The notes: a model not told the origin generated them from the sequence alone. Shown: positions 11,000 to 25,100, numbered from the whole stretch's first letter. The stretch is DNA of 63,925 nucleotides, filler included, from Ministeria vibrans ATCC 50519 (GCA_943704425.1; 12 parts of 12 records of this genome joined end to end with filler, not necessarily neighbours in it); one strand, 5' to 3'. Program-made: numbers and translations.

Positions 11000-13900
11000 G
11001 AAGTACAGCTCTCGATTTTCTATTTATTTTCTTTATAATTTTTCAGTACCTTGTTGGCAATGGTGGCAGCCACATCGGGATGGTCGGGACCAAGGTGCTC
11101 GGTGTATATGACACGCGCTTGCTCGTAGAGAGGCAGTGCCTTTTCATGCTCGCCCGTAATTTCTACAACAATGAAGCAAAGAAAACAAGTCAGTAGGAAA
11201 TACGCACCCAAAAAAACACACCGAGAATATTTTTAATTAATTATTATGAATAATAATAGTAATAATATAATAATAATAATAATACTATTATATTATAATT
11301 TGTTTTGTCAAGTTCAAATGTATTTCATCATACCGTAGATAGCAGCAAGATTGTTGATAGTGCCCGCGCGAGCAAGACCTTGCAGCTCGGAAGGCATCCA
11401 GACACTTCTCCGACGCGAGTCCTTGGACGCCTCCTGGGTAATGTCGAGTGCACGCAGATACAGCTCCTTGGCGCGCTCGTACTCACCCATTGCCTTATAC
11501 AACTGCGCCATCGAATGGATCGACGACGCCACCGTCTGGTGGTGTTCACCAAGCTTCTTGACGCGCAGCTCGAGTGCCCCCTCAAACAGGTTCATTGCTT
11601 CCTTAAATTTCCCAAGATGAGAGTACACCTAAATAGATAGCGATACATCAGCAAATTAAATAACCTCCCAGCAGCACCACAACACACACACACACACACA
11701 CAGAGAGAGAGACACACACATGATTACAATTATATAAATCATGTGTCATTCTTTGTAAACAAAAGAGACAGCTGATACGTCGTACGAAAACACAAAACAA
11801 AACAAAGAAAAAATATTAAATTAATATAAGAATACCGCTGCAAGATTGTTCATGGCAGTCGCCACATCAAGATGATCTTTGCCAAGACAAGATTGTCGAA
11901 GCTTGAGAGACTGTTCGTAAAAAGGAATGCCGTCCTCATAGTAGCCTTGAGTGCGAATGAAGTCGCCCACAGCCAGGTACAAGTTGGCCTGCTCCAGTGC
12001 TGCCATGTCGCCCGACCACATGACCGAATCTCCACCGCCGGCGATGCGTGCGTCTTCAACAGACAACGGTGGGTCGCTGGCCGAGGTGCCCTGTTCGTCC
12101 ACGTCCATCAAAGGCCGCGTCGACAGCGAAAGTGACGTTTTGCGCGCGGCCGTACTGCGAAAGGACGTTCGTTGCTGCACCAACTCCTCAGTGTTTTTCT
12201 GCTGCATCTTGAGCAGACGGTCCTGGTACGCCTGTGCAATGGTCCGACCACCAGTGTTGCCTGTCGCTACCGACCGCCAATATCGCGCCAAATCCCATTC
12301 GTACTTTTCCAAAAGGAATGCAAAAACCTGGACAGAAAGAAAAAAGAAGAAAAAAAAAGTATATTATATTAATTATTATGCTTCGCCGAATAGTTTTTTT
12401 TTTTGAAATTTTGGCATACTTTGAGATTGGAGAGAACATTGATCATGCGCTTTTTGTCGGAGACACCCGACTTTTCGAGAAGCCAGGGAAGCTCCTCGGC
12501 AAAGCGCATAATAGGTACATGGATGACACTTGCCGAGCGAGCATTGAGTTTCTTTTCAAAGTAACTCGCGAGCTCTTGGCGACACTCTTGCAGAGACTTT
12601 TCGCTGGGAAAGTATTTTTGGAGGACCGCATGACGCAGTTGACGGAGCAAAAAACTGATGAGATCACTGCGCACAACAAGAAAGGGGCGCAGTGCAAAGA
12701 AGAGGGGTGACCATAGCGTCTGCGTAATGTTGATGTAATCGCACAACTCGGTCTCGGAGAGACCGTAGCGTGCCGCGTAAATGTTGCTGAGGACACTGGC
12801 AACAAAGGGATGTGCCTGCTCCAGACGCTCAATCATCAACTTGAACAAATGCACGCCGTCCTCAGCCTCGAGCAGTGTCTGGATGCGAGCGTCGAGTGTG
12901 TAGAAATCGCCGTGAGCACACAATTCCTCGAGGAGAACGCGCAAGTAGAGAGCATTGCCGGTGGGCTCCTTCGCCAGAATGGTCGCCTGCTGGTCGGGCG
13001 AAAGTCGCTTGCCGTGCTGATTAAGCACCTGATCGATGAGCTGGGTGCGTTCTTCGTCGTTGAGCAACTCGATGGCGTGCACAGGCCAGCGGCGCGACTT
13101 GAGCACATTGAGCGCCTTGCCCTCGAGCGTCGACACAAGGATTTGGACACGAGGCTTCCCACCGAAGCTCCACGAGCTCACGTCGGGTAGCCAGCGCAGC
13201 TCGGAGCCACCCTCGCGCACATCGAGCTGATCAAGACCCTCGATGCAAACGACCACTTGGGGCCCGTCATCGGCGACCGCAATGGCATAGAGGACATCGT
13301 TGAGGATTTCGGTGAGTTGTGTTTCCTCGCGGGGCAAAATGTCGGGATTGTGGGTGAAGGGTACGGACATGTCGGGGTATTGGGTGCGCAAGAGACGAAG
13401 GAGGTCGCGGCAGAGACGCTGAAGCATGTTGACGACAGAGGTACTGGAGCGCGAGCAGCCCGCAATGTGAAAGAGGTAGTGTGTATCTGTGTCGGCCGCC
13501 TGCTTTCGCTTGAGCAGCAGCCAGTTGGCAATGAGACTGCTCTTGCCAGTGCCGCTAGGGCCGGTGACGACGAGCGAGCCGTGTTTGTTGTCAAACGCCT
13601 GAGCAAGACGCTTCATGCGCTCATCGCGACCCACAAAGATGCCGGAGCGAGAGAGGAGGTACGCCTCGTGCTGGGCACTCTCTGGATCGACATTGTCCGT
13701 GTCGAGCGACGAGATGGAGTCAAGCAGTCTGGTGAGCTTGGCCTCAAGATCAACACCAAGCAGCGCCGCGAACTCGTCGGGATCTCGATACGACTTGTGA
13801 ATGACCGTGTCGGCTGTCTTGTTGGCTATGACCTTCTGCATGAGGGCCGCCAGCTTTTCCTTGGCCTGCAGGCTCTCGGGTCGAAAATGACGGGCGTCAT

Positions 13901-14615
13901 TGATGTTTTCGCGCTCCTGTCTGGCGTCGGCAACCTCATCGTAGGCCGGATCACGGAAGAGGAAGACGGCGGGCCGCTTGGAGGGGCTGTTGAGAAAACC
14001 ATCGAGAAACTCAATTTCGGTGGCGCTGCGGTCGCGAAACTGTGCAGCCCACGCCCATCGGGTCTCCTGTACAATGTCGTCAAAGTTACGCTGGAGCAGG
14101 TCGTCTTCGAGTCCGTGCCAGCCGTAGCGCGTGCCAAAGCTGCCCACAAAGATGTCGCAGCGAGAGATCTCTTCGAGGCAGACGCGCAGCACACGGGCGT
14201 CCGTCGCCTGCTCCTCGGTGACGCCCCAGCGTAAATCGCACACCATGAGCTGTACACCACGGTTCTCGCAGAGGGCCCGTAACCGCGGCAGCTGGGAGGT
14301 CATAAAGGCATCGCGCTCGCGTTCGTGGCCGCCAAACGGACTGGACAGGAAGATGCGCAGTACTCTCTGCTGAACTTCGGTTTGCATGCGTCCACTGAGA
14401 AGCGCGCCACGCTGCCTGATGACAATCTCCTCTGACGTCGATCCCGCACGCTCGAGGATGCCACGACGGCGCGAATCGTCCGAATCTTGGACGGCAAAGC
14501 CCGTCGACATTTTGCGATGCGACGCCGCCGCCGACGACGCTCCCGCCGCGCCCAAGCTTCGAATGGACGGCTCCGGCATGGTGTTTTCTCTTCGAGCTGC
14601 ACGTTTAGCGTCCAT
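10347..14615 (-). CDS. DUF4062 + NACHT/STAND NTPase + TPR repeat protein (NPHP3/TEP1-like architecture), multi-exon
   Basis: LRIFLSSPF..ERE..DLRWG...CLEEI..C.IFVG.FGTRYGW (DUF4062); Walker A GPSGTGKS; GNALYLRVLLEEL; several kinesin-light-chain-type TPR exons (LGxxHPxVA..xNN). Confidence 0.88.
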
Positions 14616-15295
14616 TGTAGCCGGTGGATCTACAAGAGTGTAACAGAGCCGGACGTTTGAGAAGGTTTTTTTTTGTGTTCACTCTTTCTTTTTTTTTCTT
14701 TGTTTTCGCTGTTGATATAATTAGCGACTTAGTCCGCAACGAAACGAGAACGCGGGGTAGCGGCAGGGGGCACAGCAGCACCCTCAAGAAAGGGGTTGGG
14801 TGCAAACCGCCCCCCAGTCAAGCCCATCAAGCAGGGGTGTGGTGAAGAGAGAGGAGTGGGCATCGAGCACATCACAATAAGAGAAAGAAAGAAGAAAACA
14901 AAACAGGAGGACAGTCAAGGACAGATGCTCACCGATGACGAGCACCACGCAACGGTGACGAGAGACAGCGCCAAGAGAGAGAGAGAAAAAAAAAAATATC
15001 CTTTCAAGAGTTTCAACTCAATCACAATTATAGAGACATTATTGACTATTGAGAGTTTTGAGTTACTTGAGATCATACTATTTTATCATTAAAGTTACTC
15101 ATCATCTCTGTACGTCTTTGTGCTGTACGACCCACCCTATAACCGGCTGGTCTTGAACGCTTGAAGACACCCTCGAGTGTATTCATTTTTTACTGTTCGT
15201 TGAAATGGTGTCTTGGGGACCGCCCCTCTTCCTGGTACTCTGTCTCTTACCAGGCTATACCTATAGTACGTGGACGTTAAGCCTTAAAGGGCGTT

Positions 15296-15328
<33 letters not shown>

Positions 15329-15455
15329 CTTGCTTTTATTTTTCAAAATCTATTTTGGTTTCGATCGATGCTTCGAAGGATTTGACGACCTTTCAAGTGT
15401 CGGCTCCACCTGACACGGCACACTAACCATGAGATATTGCCGTTGGAGATGACTC

Positions 15456-16679
15456 TTGTCGATGCACCAGTCTACGTTGGTGTCGTTTCTAACGGGCCTT
15501 TCCTCTGTTTGTCTTCTCCTTCTTCAAGGTGCCAATGTGACGTGCTTTGGCGGCACCCAGGAGACGTGCATGCCCGAGACCAACTGCGCGTCGTACAACT
15601 GTACGGACATTGACGAGTGTGCGTTGATGACGGATGGATGCAATGTGACCAACGAGTTGTGCGTCAATACATACGGGGCCTACGAGTGTGGCACGATTCG
15701 CATGAACCCGGCACTCATTGCACAGTTGGTGTCGGCCGGCTACCTTCTGAACGCCGTGGTGAGCCTGTTGTTTACACTCAACGGCACGGCCACATCGTAC
15801 AGCGCGCTCGAGACGGCACTGACGCTCGAGGCGTCCTCCACCAACCTCGCCGCAACGGCCGCCGACACGACCAACCTGATCATTCTTGTGGTGTGCTCCA
15901 CGTGTGGCATTGCCTTTTTGTTGATAGCGACCGCCTGCTACGCACAAACCCGACTTAACCGACTGAATCGCGAAGAGTTTATGCGGTCGGAGATTGTGTC
16001 GATGCGCGAGAAACGCGTCATTGATCGACAGCACGGCATTCACGTAGCCCAAGTAAGCAACCCAGCTTTTGCCAAGACTCGTTCCCAGCAACTGCGCGGC
16101 CCAGCGTCGCGCCAGTCGTCCGGCTCGGGAACGACGCGGCGCACAAGCTTGCGACGCATTCTCCATGGGGCAGCTCAACACGACACAGCACCCGGATTTC
16201 AAGGAAGCTACGTCGAGAACGATGAAATGTCATCGCTGTCGTCGCCGGCTGCCTTGCGACGAGGTGCGCCTTCCCACCAACACCAGCAGCAGCAGCAACA
16301 ACGAGCACCATCCACGGGCATGCAGACCCGCTCGCACTCGTCGCGTACAGTGTCGAGACCCATGACAGCGGCTGCAGCAAGTGTCGCCGCTGCGCAGTAC
16401 ACTCGCTCCGAATCGCGAAATGCCGTCACTGCACCCCATTCCGTCAGCAACCCTCTGTTTCGCAGTGACCAGCTCATGTCGAGCCAGGAGAACTTTAATC
16501 CCATGCTACAGCCTGCGGCCTCCACCGCCGATCTCTCGCGATGGGAGTCACAGGCGCCGTCCTCGCGACCCGAAGATCCCAATCGGCATGGTCGTTTCTG
16601 GAGCTCGCGTCCCTCTGTCGCACATGCAGCACGAGCAGCCTCTGCCCTTCCCGACGCCGAGCAAGGAGAGTGGTTCTAA
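15456..16679 (+). CDS. Single-pass membrane protein with a calcium-binding EGF domain and a disordered cytoplasmic tail; true 5' exons probably start near 15205
   Basis: DIDECALMTDGCNVTNELCVNTYGAYECG (EGF-Ca); TM LIILVVCSTCGIAFLLIATACYA; signal-peptide-like MVSWGPPLFLVLCLLPGYTYS at 15205 (splicing not resolved). Confidence 0.7.
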   Translation: MSMHQSTLVSFLTGLSSVCLLLLQGANVTCFGGTQETCMPETNCASYNCTDIDECALMTDGCNVTNELCVNTYGAYECGTIRMNPALIAQLVSAGYLLNAVVSLLFTLNGTATSYSALETALTLEASSTNLAATAADTTNLIILVVCSTCGIAFLLIATACYAQTRLNRLNREEFMRSEIVSMREKRVIDRQHGIHVAQVSNPAFAKTRSQQLRGPASRQSSGSGTTRRTSLRRILHGAAQHDTAPGFQGSYVENDEMSSLSSPAALRRGAPSHQHQQQQQQRAPSTGMQTRSHSSRTVSRPMTAAAASVAAAQYTRSESRNAVTAPHSVSNPLFRSDQLMSSQENFNPMLQPAASTADLSRWESQAPSSRPEDPNRHGRFWSSRPSVAHAARAASALPDAEQGEWF

Positions 16680-16886
16680 AGCAACATTTTATGATGAAAA
16701 TAAATTATTATTCTGTACCATGTATCATCGGAAACCGGACCCCTCGCGATCGACGCAGACTCACGTCAATCGTCAATTGCCAATGATTAATTGTGAAATG
16801 TGAAATTTTAATATTGAGTGTTGTGAGTTTATTAATAATTATATCATTTGACGTGTTCAAACTTCATTTTTTTTTCTCTCCCTATA

Positions 16887-18613
16887 ATGAGCCTTGAGTC
16901 ATCTGTGCCACAGTGGGTGGCAGATATTCGTAAAGCAGTTGAACACGACGACTGGGGTCAGTTGGTGGAGGCTGGGGAGCTCTACGTCCGGTAGCGAAAT
17001 GAAGTCAATAATATGACGTTATTTTTGTTACCATGGTTTACGCTGCAGAGTCTCCAAGCGTATTGTTCAGACGGCAGACACGCCTGACTTAGAGCCACCG
17101 CTGACTGAAAACCACAGGGTCAGTTGGGAAAAGGGAAGGGAGAGAGAAATTGGGATGACGGTTCTGCTTTGTGTTGGTCACAGAGATTTCTGTACAAAGT
17201 TGCCATGGCACTGTCGTCACGAGCGCGTGGACTAGATGGAGATGAGTCAAAAGAAATCCCCATTGAAGAAATCAAAGGGCTTCCTGAGGGTGAGTTGCCG
17301 GAACGAGTTCGAGTTGGAGTGGGGGGGGGNNNNNNNNNNCTACCCATCTTTGTCAATATCGACATGCACCAGGGCCACTCGGTCAACACGTGGGTCGATT
17401 CTCTCTCGTATTCGTTTGGATATTCGTGCTGTGTTATTGACACTCTCTGGACTTACGTAGCACTGTCGACGATGAAGGTGGATGACGATGCGGTCCCGAG
17501 TCTACCTGCACGAGTGAGTAAGACCTTTGTCACTCCCAAGAAACCAGCAGCAAGGTCGACAGGAACAGTGATGAAGGAAATCTACCCATTCGTATTGACA
17601 CTGATTAGCCTTTGAATCATGAGTGTAGGTCGACAAGCTTTGCTGACGAAGACCCCGCACCACTCGACGTCCTGCAAGAAGCCGTTGGAAACCCCGCCAA
17701 TGGTAAAGACACTGCCCGAGCTGTATCATAATGCTATTTTGTTATTATAATAATACTAATAATACTATTATTATTTTATTATCTAATCGACACAAATGTA
17801 CAGGTGGACTTTTACCGGCATTACCCGAACGACTGGACACCACAAATATGACGTTACGCATTGACAAGATTGGAGCCAAAGATGCGGGAACGTACGTCGA
17901 TCCGGTTGTGCGCGTTTCTATCAAAGGTAGCATAAGAACAATAGAGAAGACTCATAAAGAATTATTGCCTGCAGTCACCATCGGGTGAGGTAATAATTTA
18001 TGACATATATATGTTTGAAACAATATACGGCGACGTGGCGTACGTTTATTATTATAAACCAAATAATTGGACTGTTATTGGTGACGTTAGTTTAAGATTT
18101 TTTTTTGTTTACAGACAAGACCGGGAATGACATTTGCAAGGTCCAAACAACCCCGCCGAGTACTCGCCAGGGAGGTGCTCACGGTGCTCACATTGTGTTT
18201 GATTGCGACGTCCATTTACAGGTAAGTTAATCATAATCATATCTTTAATAATTATTATTATTATTTTTATAATATTAATTAAATTTTATTCTTATTATTA
18301 TTATTATTTTATTGCAGGTTCCTCTGCAGCGATTTCCCCCAGACGCAGCAATCTTCATTGAATTGCTTCATCAAAAGAAAGCTTACACATCACTTCGGTG
18401 TTACGCTATCATGGAGACTGATGAGCTTACAGAGGGTTCCAAGTCTCTCGAATTGTAAGCTTCTTTTGGTCGGTCACCCTTGTTCTTGCTCACTGTGAGG
18501 TTTATATAAATCTTGTTAGATACGCCAAGCCTGTCGACTACAAACGACGCTCGCTCGTGCGCTTTACTGTGAAACCCCTTTATGCCCATGTGACAATGAT
18601 CCACGTAGCGTAA
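16887..18613 (+). CDS. AIDA: Axin interactor dorsalization-associated protein homolog (AIDA-N + AIDA-C2), many short exons
   Basis: DDWGQLVEAGELY N-terminal motif; TLRIDKIGAKDAGTYVDPVVRVSIKD; AAIFIEL; SLRCYAIMETDEL; LELYAKPVDYKRRSL...KPLY. Confidence 0.9.
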
Positions 18614-19184
18614 TGATGAATACAAAAAGAATAGAAGAATATGAGGTCGAATTGTGGGATTTTATTGGACTTATTGGATCGAATTATTTTTATTATTGGG
18701 CGTGCTCCGTCCTTTTTGGAGTGTCTATGGCAGAAGCGTTGACGTAACTCTTAGAAAAATAAAAAATCAATAATACTATTCTCACACAATTAATAATAAT
18801 AAATAATAATAATAATAATAATTATTATTATAATTATTTTTACCATTCATTTCGAATATTTTTTCTCCATCAATTTCTTCGTACGTCTGCTGCAAGAGCG
18901 TATTTGTGGATCCATACTCTCTGGGTGCTTCAATTAGTAATGATTAATGGCTCCAGTCTCTTGCGGCTAGCCTATAGCGGAAGTATTGTGTTACCAGCCG
19001 TTGCATTTAAGTTCATCTGAGTTTGATCTCCTTCCGAGTAAACTAAAAACTTTCACTTGGAATCACTTCTTTTTTCAATTATTTATTCCACACGTTCTCC
19101 AAACACCAAATACTGAACAGTGGACACTCAAAAGTCAAAACTCAAAAGAGTCAAAAGCCACTCAACACAAACAAAGATAGTATT

Positions 19185-22100
19185 ATGATTTTTCACATTC
19201 TGCTTGGCCTTCTGCTGTTCACACACACAGCTCAATCAAGTACGATCAATCTCTCACGACAGTACACCCAAGTGAGTGACCCCACCTTTTACCCGTATCA
19301 CGCATGCGCTCCCTCGCTCACAGCCCCACGCTTTGCTCGGGCTGTCTTCCTCAACGGCGTCGCTCAAGGCGTGCAGGGCCAAGTGACATTCGCTCAGGCG
19401 AACAGAACCGCCCCAACTATCATCACGCTGGAATTTACTGGGCTCACCCCCAACGACGATCGACTGTACATTGGCGCACGAAGGGTCGTCACGAATCAGT
19501 GCCCGAACAGCCATCATTTCTCTCCGTAATCAGATCACAGAAGAACGACCACACACCCACACAAACACACACACACACACACACTCACACACACACACTC
19601 TCTCTCTCTCTCACACACACACTCGTAGGACACCCGCGCCAAACCCCTTCGCTTCATGTACCCCAAGTACACCGGACGGATGCCATGCGGGTGACATTTC
19701 TGGCCGCTTTGGGTGAGTATATTTGGCTCATGAATCTGTATCTAAGACTTTGACAGGTTGGCAAACGGCGTTCGCGTGTTCACCGATTACAACATGACAA
19801 TGTTTGGCTACGAATCCATCATGGGACACGGCATGTTTTTGAAATCCAGCACGAAGAGCCATGTTGCGTGTGCCAACATTGTGCCAACACGACGTGTGCG
19901 TCGAGCCGTCGCCACCTTTCCACCTGAGTCTCTCATTCTTGGCACCGTTACGCTCGAGCAGGACTACGACCAGTCCGATGCAGCCACGACGATCATAATA
20001 CTGGTCGACTACAACCGTGGTTTGCCGTGGTCAATTCCACTCAACGGCACAGCACACCATTGGGCCGTCACCATTGCACCTGTCCAGGCCGGTGACAACC
20101 TCGCAAGCACGCCAGATGAGCAACGCTGCCTCTCTGCCGGCTCGGCGCTTCAGGAAACCATCACGTCTCTTCAGGGCGATCTAAAAAACACATCAAGTCT
20201 TGCTGCTGAGGTGGAGCGTCTATGCCGTCTCGAGGCGCTTGTAGATTTAGAGCACACAGTGCAGGATTGTCAGAGAAGAGTTGGAAATTTGACTGAGCTG
20301 CACGGAACCTTGAAAATCCCCGCCAATGCTGTCTTCAACGACATCTTTATGCCTTTGAGCGGACCTTTTTCCGTCATTGGCAAGTCTGTTCGTGTTGAGG
20401 CCTCCGACCAGTCCCCATACTCGCTTGCTTGCGCCACTTTTGAAGAGGTGCAACACAAGAATAATAATTATGCATCCTATACGTCTTTTATTTTTTACTC
20501 ATCAACATCGTCATTATAAATTTACCTACTTTTTGTTTATAGGTGGCACCGACGATGATTGAGGTAAGCTATATTCATACCCAAAGTTATTATTATTAAT
20601 TTAATATCATTCTAATATTCTCGGCAGACGGTGTTTGTTGACGGAGGCGTATCTGGATCCATCCGATTTGAGCAATTTGAGGAGTTCTCACCCACAATCA
20701 TCACAGCGTACACCCAGGGCGCCACTGACACCCCGAACCCCTGGCACATCCATCAGTTTCCGTTGCAGTCCGATCAGCCGTCGACTGTGTGTGCGACTGC
20801 CGGTGGCCACTACAACCCGAGCAGTGTAGACGGAACGGCAAGCAACTACACGCTGTTGTGCAACCCTTTGTCGCCCTTCAAGTACAGTGCATGCGAACTC
20901 GGCGATCTTACTGGTCGATGGGGACCCCTTGCCAACGCGCTCAACGTCTCCTTCCTTGACTTCAACACTCCCCTCTTTGGCCCACAGGCGGTCCAAGGGC
21001 GATCTGTTGTTCTTCACAGCAATGTCACCGGAGCACGCGTCGGTTGTGCCAACATTGGCCGCAGCACCCCCGAAATGTTGACGGCTGTCGCCACGTTCAC
21101 TGGACCCGAAATGGTCGGCACAATGACCCTGCGTCAGCCGGCCAACGACCCTCTTGCTGCAACCACCATCCTTGTAGATGTCTCCTTTATCAATGGTACT
21201 CAGATTATGACTGGTCTTGCCTGGTCCGTTCACGAAAATATGGTATGCATATTCTTAATAATTATTTTGTTTTTTTTCTCGTGAATGATAATAATAATAA
21301 TAAATTATTATTTAATATAATATTATTATGTTTTATTTTTATTAATATTATCATTATTAATTTTTGTTTTGGACTTGCGCGTCTGAATATGCAGGTGGGC
21401 ACCGATCAACTCCTAGCTTCGCCCTTCAGCCGGTGCACCTCAGCCGGTATCATCTTCCAACCACCCGCAGTGACGCTCTACGAGGGATATTGTAGTCCGA
21501 CATGCCAGCGCTGCTGCCTTCTTGGCAAGCTCTATGAGAAACACGCTCGTCTCAATGTTCCCTCACGCGTACTCTACACCGACGAGCGACTGCCCCTCAG
21601 TGGAAACAACTCTGTGATTGGGCGGTCGATTGGCGTTCACAACGCACCAAATCCTTCCGTGCATGGATCGCGCCTTGGATGTGCCACAATCAAAATGGTA
21701 GGAGAAATAACACTGAAACAACATTAAAAACGTGTTGCAAGATTAATATTGTCATGAACAACGATGCATGTTTATTACCACGTATTGGAGTTCTCATTCT
21801 ACTTTCATTTCTACACTTTAGGTTCCTGTGGCGAGCGCCACTGCTGCCTTTGTTGCCGGTGAAAGTGCGGGCATTGTGACTTTTTCTCAAGGTCTTCCTG
21901 AAGACCCCACCGTGGTCAGTGTGAACGTCGTCGGTCCCGCCGCCGACACTGCTCTCGTCGTCCACGCGAACCCACTGACAACTGCCGACGGTTCCTGTCC
22001 CGCCGCCGAGCTGGGTCCTCTCTATGCGGCTCCATTGGCACCCAACAGTGGGAACATGTGTACGTCTGCTTCACCCTACCTTACCGCATTCGGCATGTGC

Positions 22101-25100
22101 CCGATGGGAAACCTAGTGGGCAAGCACGGGCCTTTTGGCAACACCTTGGCGGGTACTCGCTGGATTGATTACCACCTGCCGTTGTGGGGCACATCCAGCA
22201 TTGTCGGGCGACCACTTGCAGTGCACCGTGGCGACGCGTCGGGTGAGATTGTCTCGTGCGCCGTCATCAACGGCGAACAAGCCACGACGACCGTGCGCGC
22301 CGTGTTCCCGGCCGACTCGCTGTTGATGGGCTCTGTTACGGTGCGTCAGGGCGCGTCGACCGGGGCACTTATCATCGTGGACCTTGCCTACGCCGGCGAT
22401 GCCAGTGCAGCCACCTCGCTCGCACACCAGTGGCACATTCACACACTGGCAACGGGCGACGATGCCAGTCCCTCCGCTCCATCAACATGCGCCTCAACCG
22501 GTCCACATTTCAATCCTCTCGCTGCCAATGTCTCTTCTCCAACGTACGCGACGGCTTGCTCGGTTACATCACTCTTTGGCTGTGAGATTGGCGACTTGAG
22601 TGGCAAGTTTGGCACTATTGCCCTGCCCGGTCGTTACGTATTCACCGATCCAACCCTCACCAGCGCCTACAACCTCACAAATTTGAGTTTGACAGTACAC
22701 GCCGCCAATGGTGCGTCGCCGCGCATCGCTTGTGCCACATTTGTTGCCGTGAACCCACGCGTGCTCACAACCGTGTTTGCGTCGGGTGGTCAGACCGGCT
22801 CGGTGACGATGACGCAGACGCTGCCGACCGACGCGACCATGGTGACCACGGCCTCCATTGGGGGATTTGTTGGGGGACCCAACCCCTGGCATGTTCATGC
22901 CTTCCCCTCGCTCAACCGTGGCTGCGGCGCCAGTCAAGTGGGCGGCCACTACAATCCGTTGAATGCGCCTAGCGGTAATGCTACCCAGTACACACAGGGT
23001 TGCAACCCGTCGTCACCCACACGATTTCGCGATTGCGAAATCGGCGATCTGTCCAACAAGTTGGGTGCGCTTGTCAGCGGTACCCACTCGTACATGGCGC
23101 ACAATCTGCCACTGCAAGGGCGCCTCAGTGTCCAAGGTCGCAGCGTTGTGGTGCACAGTGGCACAGACGGCGCACGTCTTGGTTGTGGCAACATAGGCTA
23201 CCCCTCGGCGGACATGATCACGGCCATTGCGCAAATAGATGTGAAGGACGCTGTTGCGGCGTCAATCACCTTTCGACAGCCGGCCGGCCAGCCCAATGCC
23301 GAAGTGACTATTCTCGTTGAGGTTGAGCTACGGCCGGGCCACTCTGGTGCACAGTCAAGCGGTCACAACTGGCATGTACACGTGAATCGCGTGGCGAGCG
23401 ACGGTAACTGTGCAAGCGCCGGCGGCCACTACAATCCTCTTGGGGTGAACACGACACAACCTGCCTATTCTACCAGATGCACACCTGTCCAGCCGTACGC
23501 CTGCGAACTGGGCGACCTCTCGGGAAAGCACGGTGCGCTTGACTTTCCGACACGCGTCATGTACACAGACGTGCAGTTGCCTCTCTCAGGACCCAACTCA
23601 ATTGTGGGTCGCTCGGTGGTTATTCACGCGTCGAACGGTGGAAGTACACGCCTTGGTTGCGCAGACATTGTGCAGTACCTTCAGCGCGAAGCAATCGCAA
23701 ACTTTTACCTGGATGGTTTTGCGGGAGGCGTCAAATTCACTCAGACGTACGAAGCGGACCCCGTGACTGTATTTTCCTTCATGTTGGGCTACACTGGCTC
23801 TCGCGCGCTTTCTGTGCAGCAATTTCCTGTGCCAGCCTCGGGACAGTGTAGCAGCACCCTCCTGGGCGGTCTTTATGCTCCCCATGCCATCACGAGCACC
23901 GGATGTACCCCTGCAACGCCTTCGAACCAGGGACTCTGCAGTGTGGGCAATCTCAGTGGCAAGGGCGGTCTGCTTCCACTCTCGACGGGCGTCACCTACA
24001 CCGATTACGCATTGACACTTTGGGGTGTGTCGTCTATTGTGGGCCGGTCGGCAGTCCTCTCCAGCACAACAGCACTCGGTGCGCCCGCTGCCGCTTGCGC
24101 CACCATTGCCTATCCACCCGAACGCAGTGTAGGCACCACCGTCTCACTGGAGCTCTCGTTGGGCGCCGTGACGGGCACGGTGACTATGCGAACGGTGTTT
24201 GGGCGCGAGAGTACAGTTTTTGTGGAACTTTCCAACTCGGGCTCAAACGACGCCACCAATCTGACATGGAGTGTCGACACCAACGCAGACTGCTCCGCTG
24301 GAAGTGTATACAATCCACTGAACGTGGCCTCGACGCTGGATTGTTCGCCTGACTCGCCACAGCTCTGCGCCATTGGTGACTTCTCCCGAAAGTTTGGCGC
24401 GCTCTCGGTCGCGGCGCATTCTTCGGTCAAATATTTTTTCACCGACACCCAACTGCCGCTGCAGCCAGGCGCGTCTTTTACGATCATTGGACGGGGCCTT
24501 GCATTTGCCAATACTTGTCAGTCAATTGAGCTGGTGGTGCCACGCACGGTCACGGCAACCGTTGCCATGGCGGGCGTGTATGGTACGCTCACGTTCAGTC
24601 AAGATGACGCCGCGTCGCCGACGCACGTCGCTGCCGAGCTTCATGGCAACGCGACATCCATGCCCTGGAGCATCAACGTGTTGCCCGACACAGACCGGTA
24701 CAACTGCGATGCGAGCGGCATTGGCAGTGTTTACAACCCAGCGAATGTGTCGACGAGTTCGTGGGAATACCAGACGTTTTGCATATTCTTCAACATTGCT
24801 CGCTACGGAGCGTGCCCCGTGGGCGACATGACGGGCAAGCACGGACCCGTGCATCTCAATGCGAAGCCAACCTGGGATGACTACTCGCTCACCTTGTGGG
24901 GAGCCAACTCAATTGTGGGACGAAGTCTGCTGTTGAGCAGTCCCGGCGTGCCGTCCGTGTGCGCCACGCTTGGCTACCCAGTGCCCGTTCAACAGATTGA
25001 CACAGCAGTCGCTCGCTTTACAAGTTCGTCCTTTCAGGGCAGCATGGTGCTGCGCCAAGCCACCGGCGACGCCGTGACGGTGCTTGTGGACTTGTGGTCC

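Noticed and set aside
13257-14234. Long antisense ORFs opposite real genes (also 49004-49930, 6567-7352, 4701-5501)
   Set aside because: Shadow ORFs expected opposite GC-rich coding sequence; no independent motifs.
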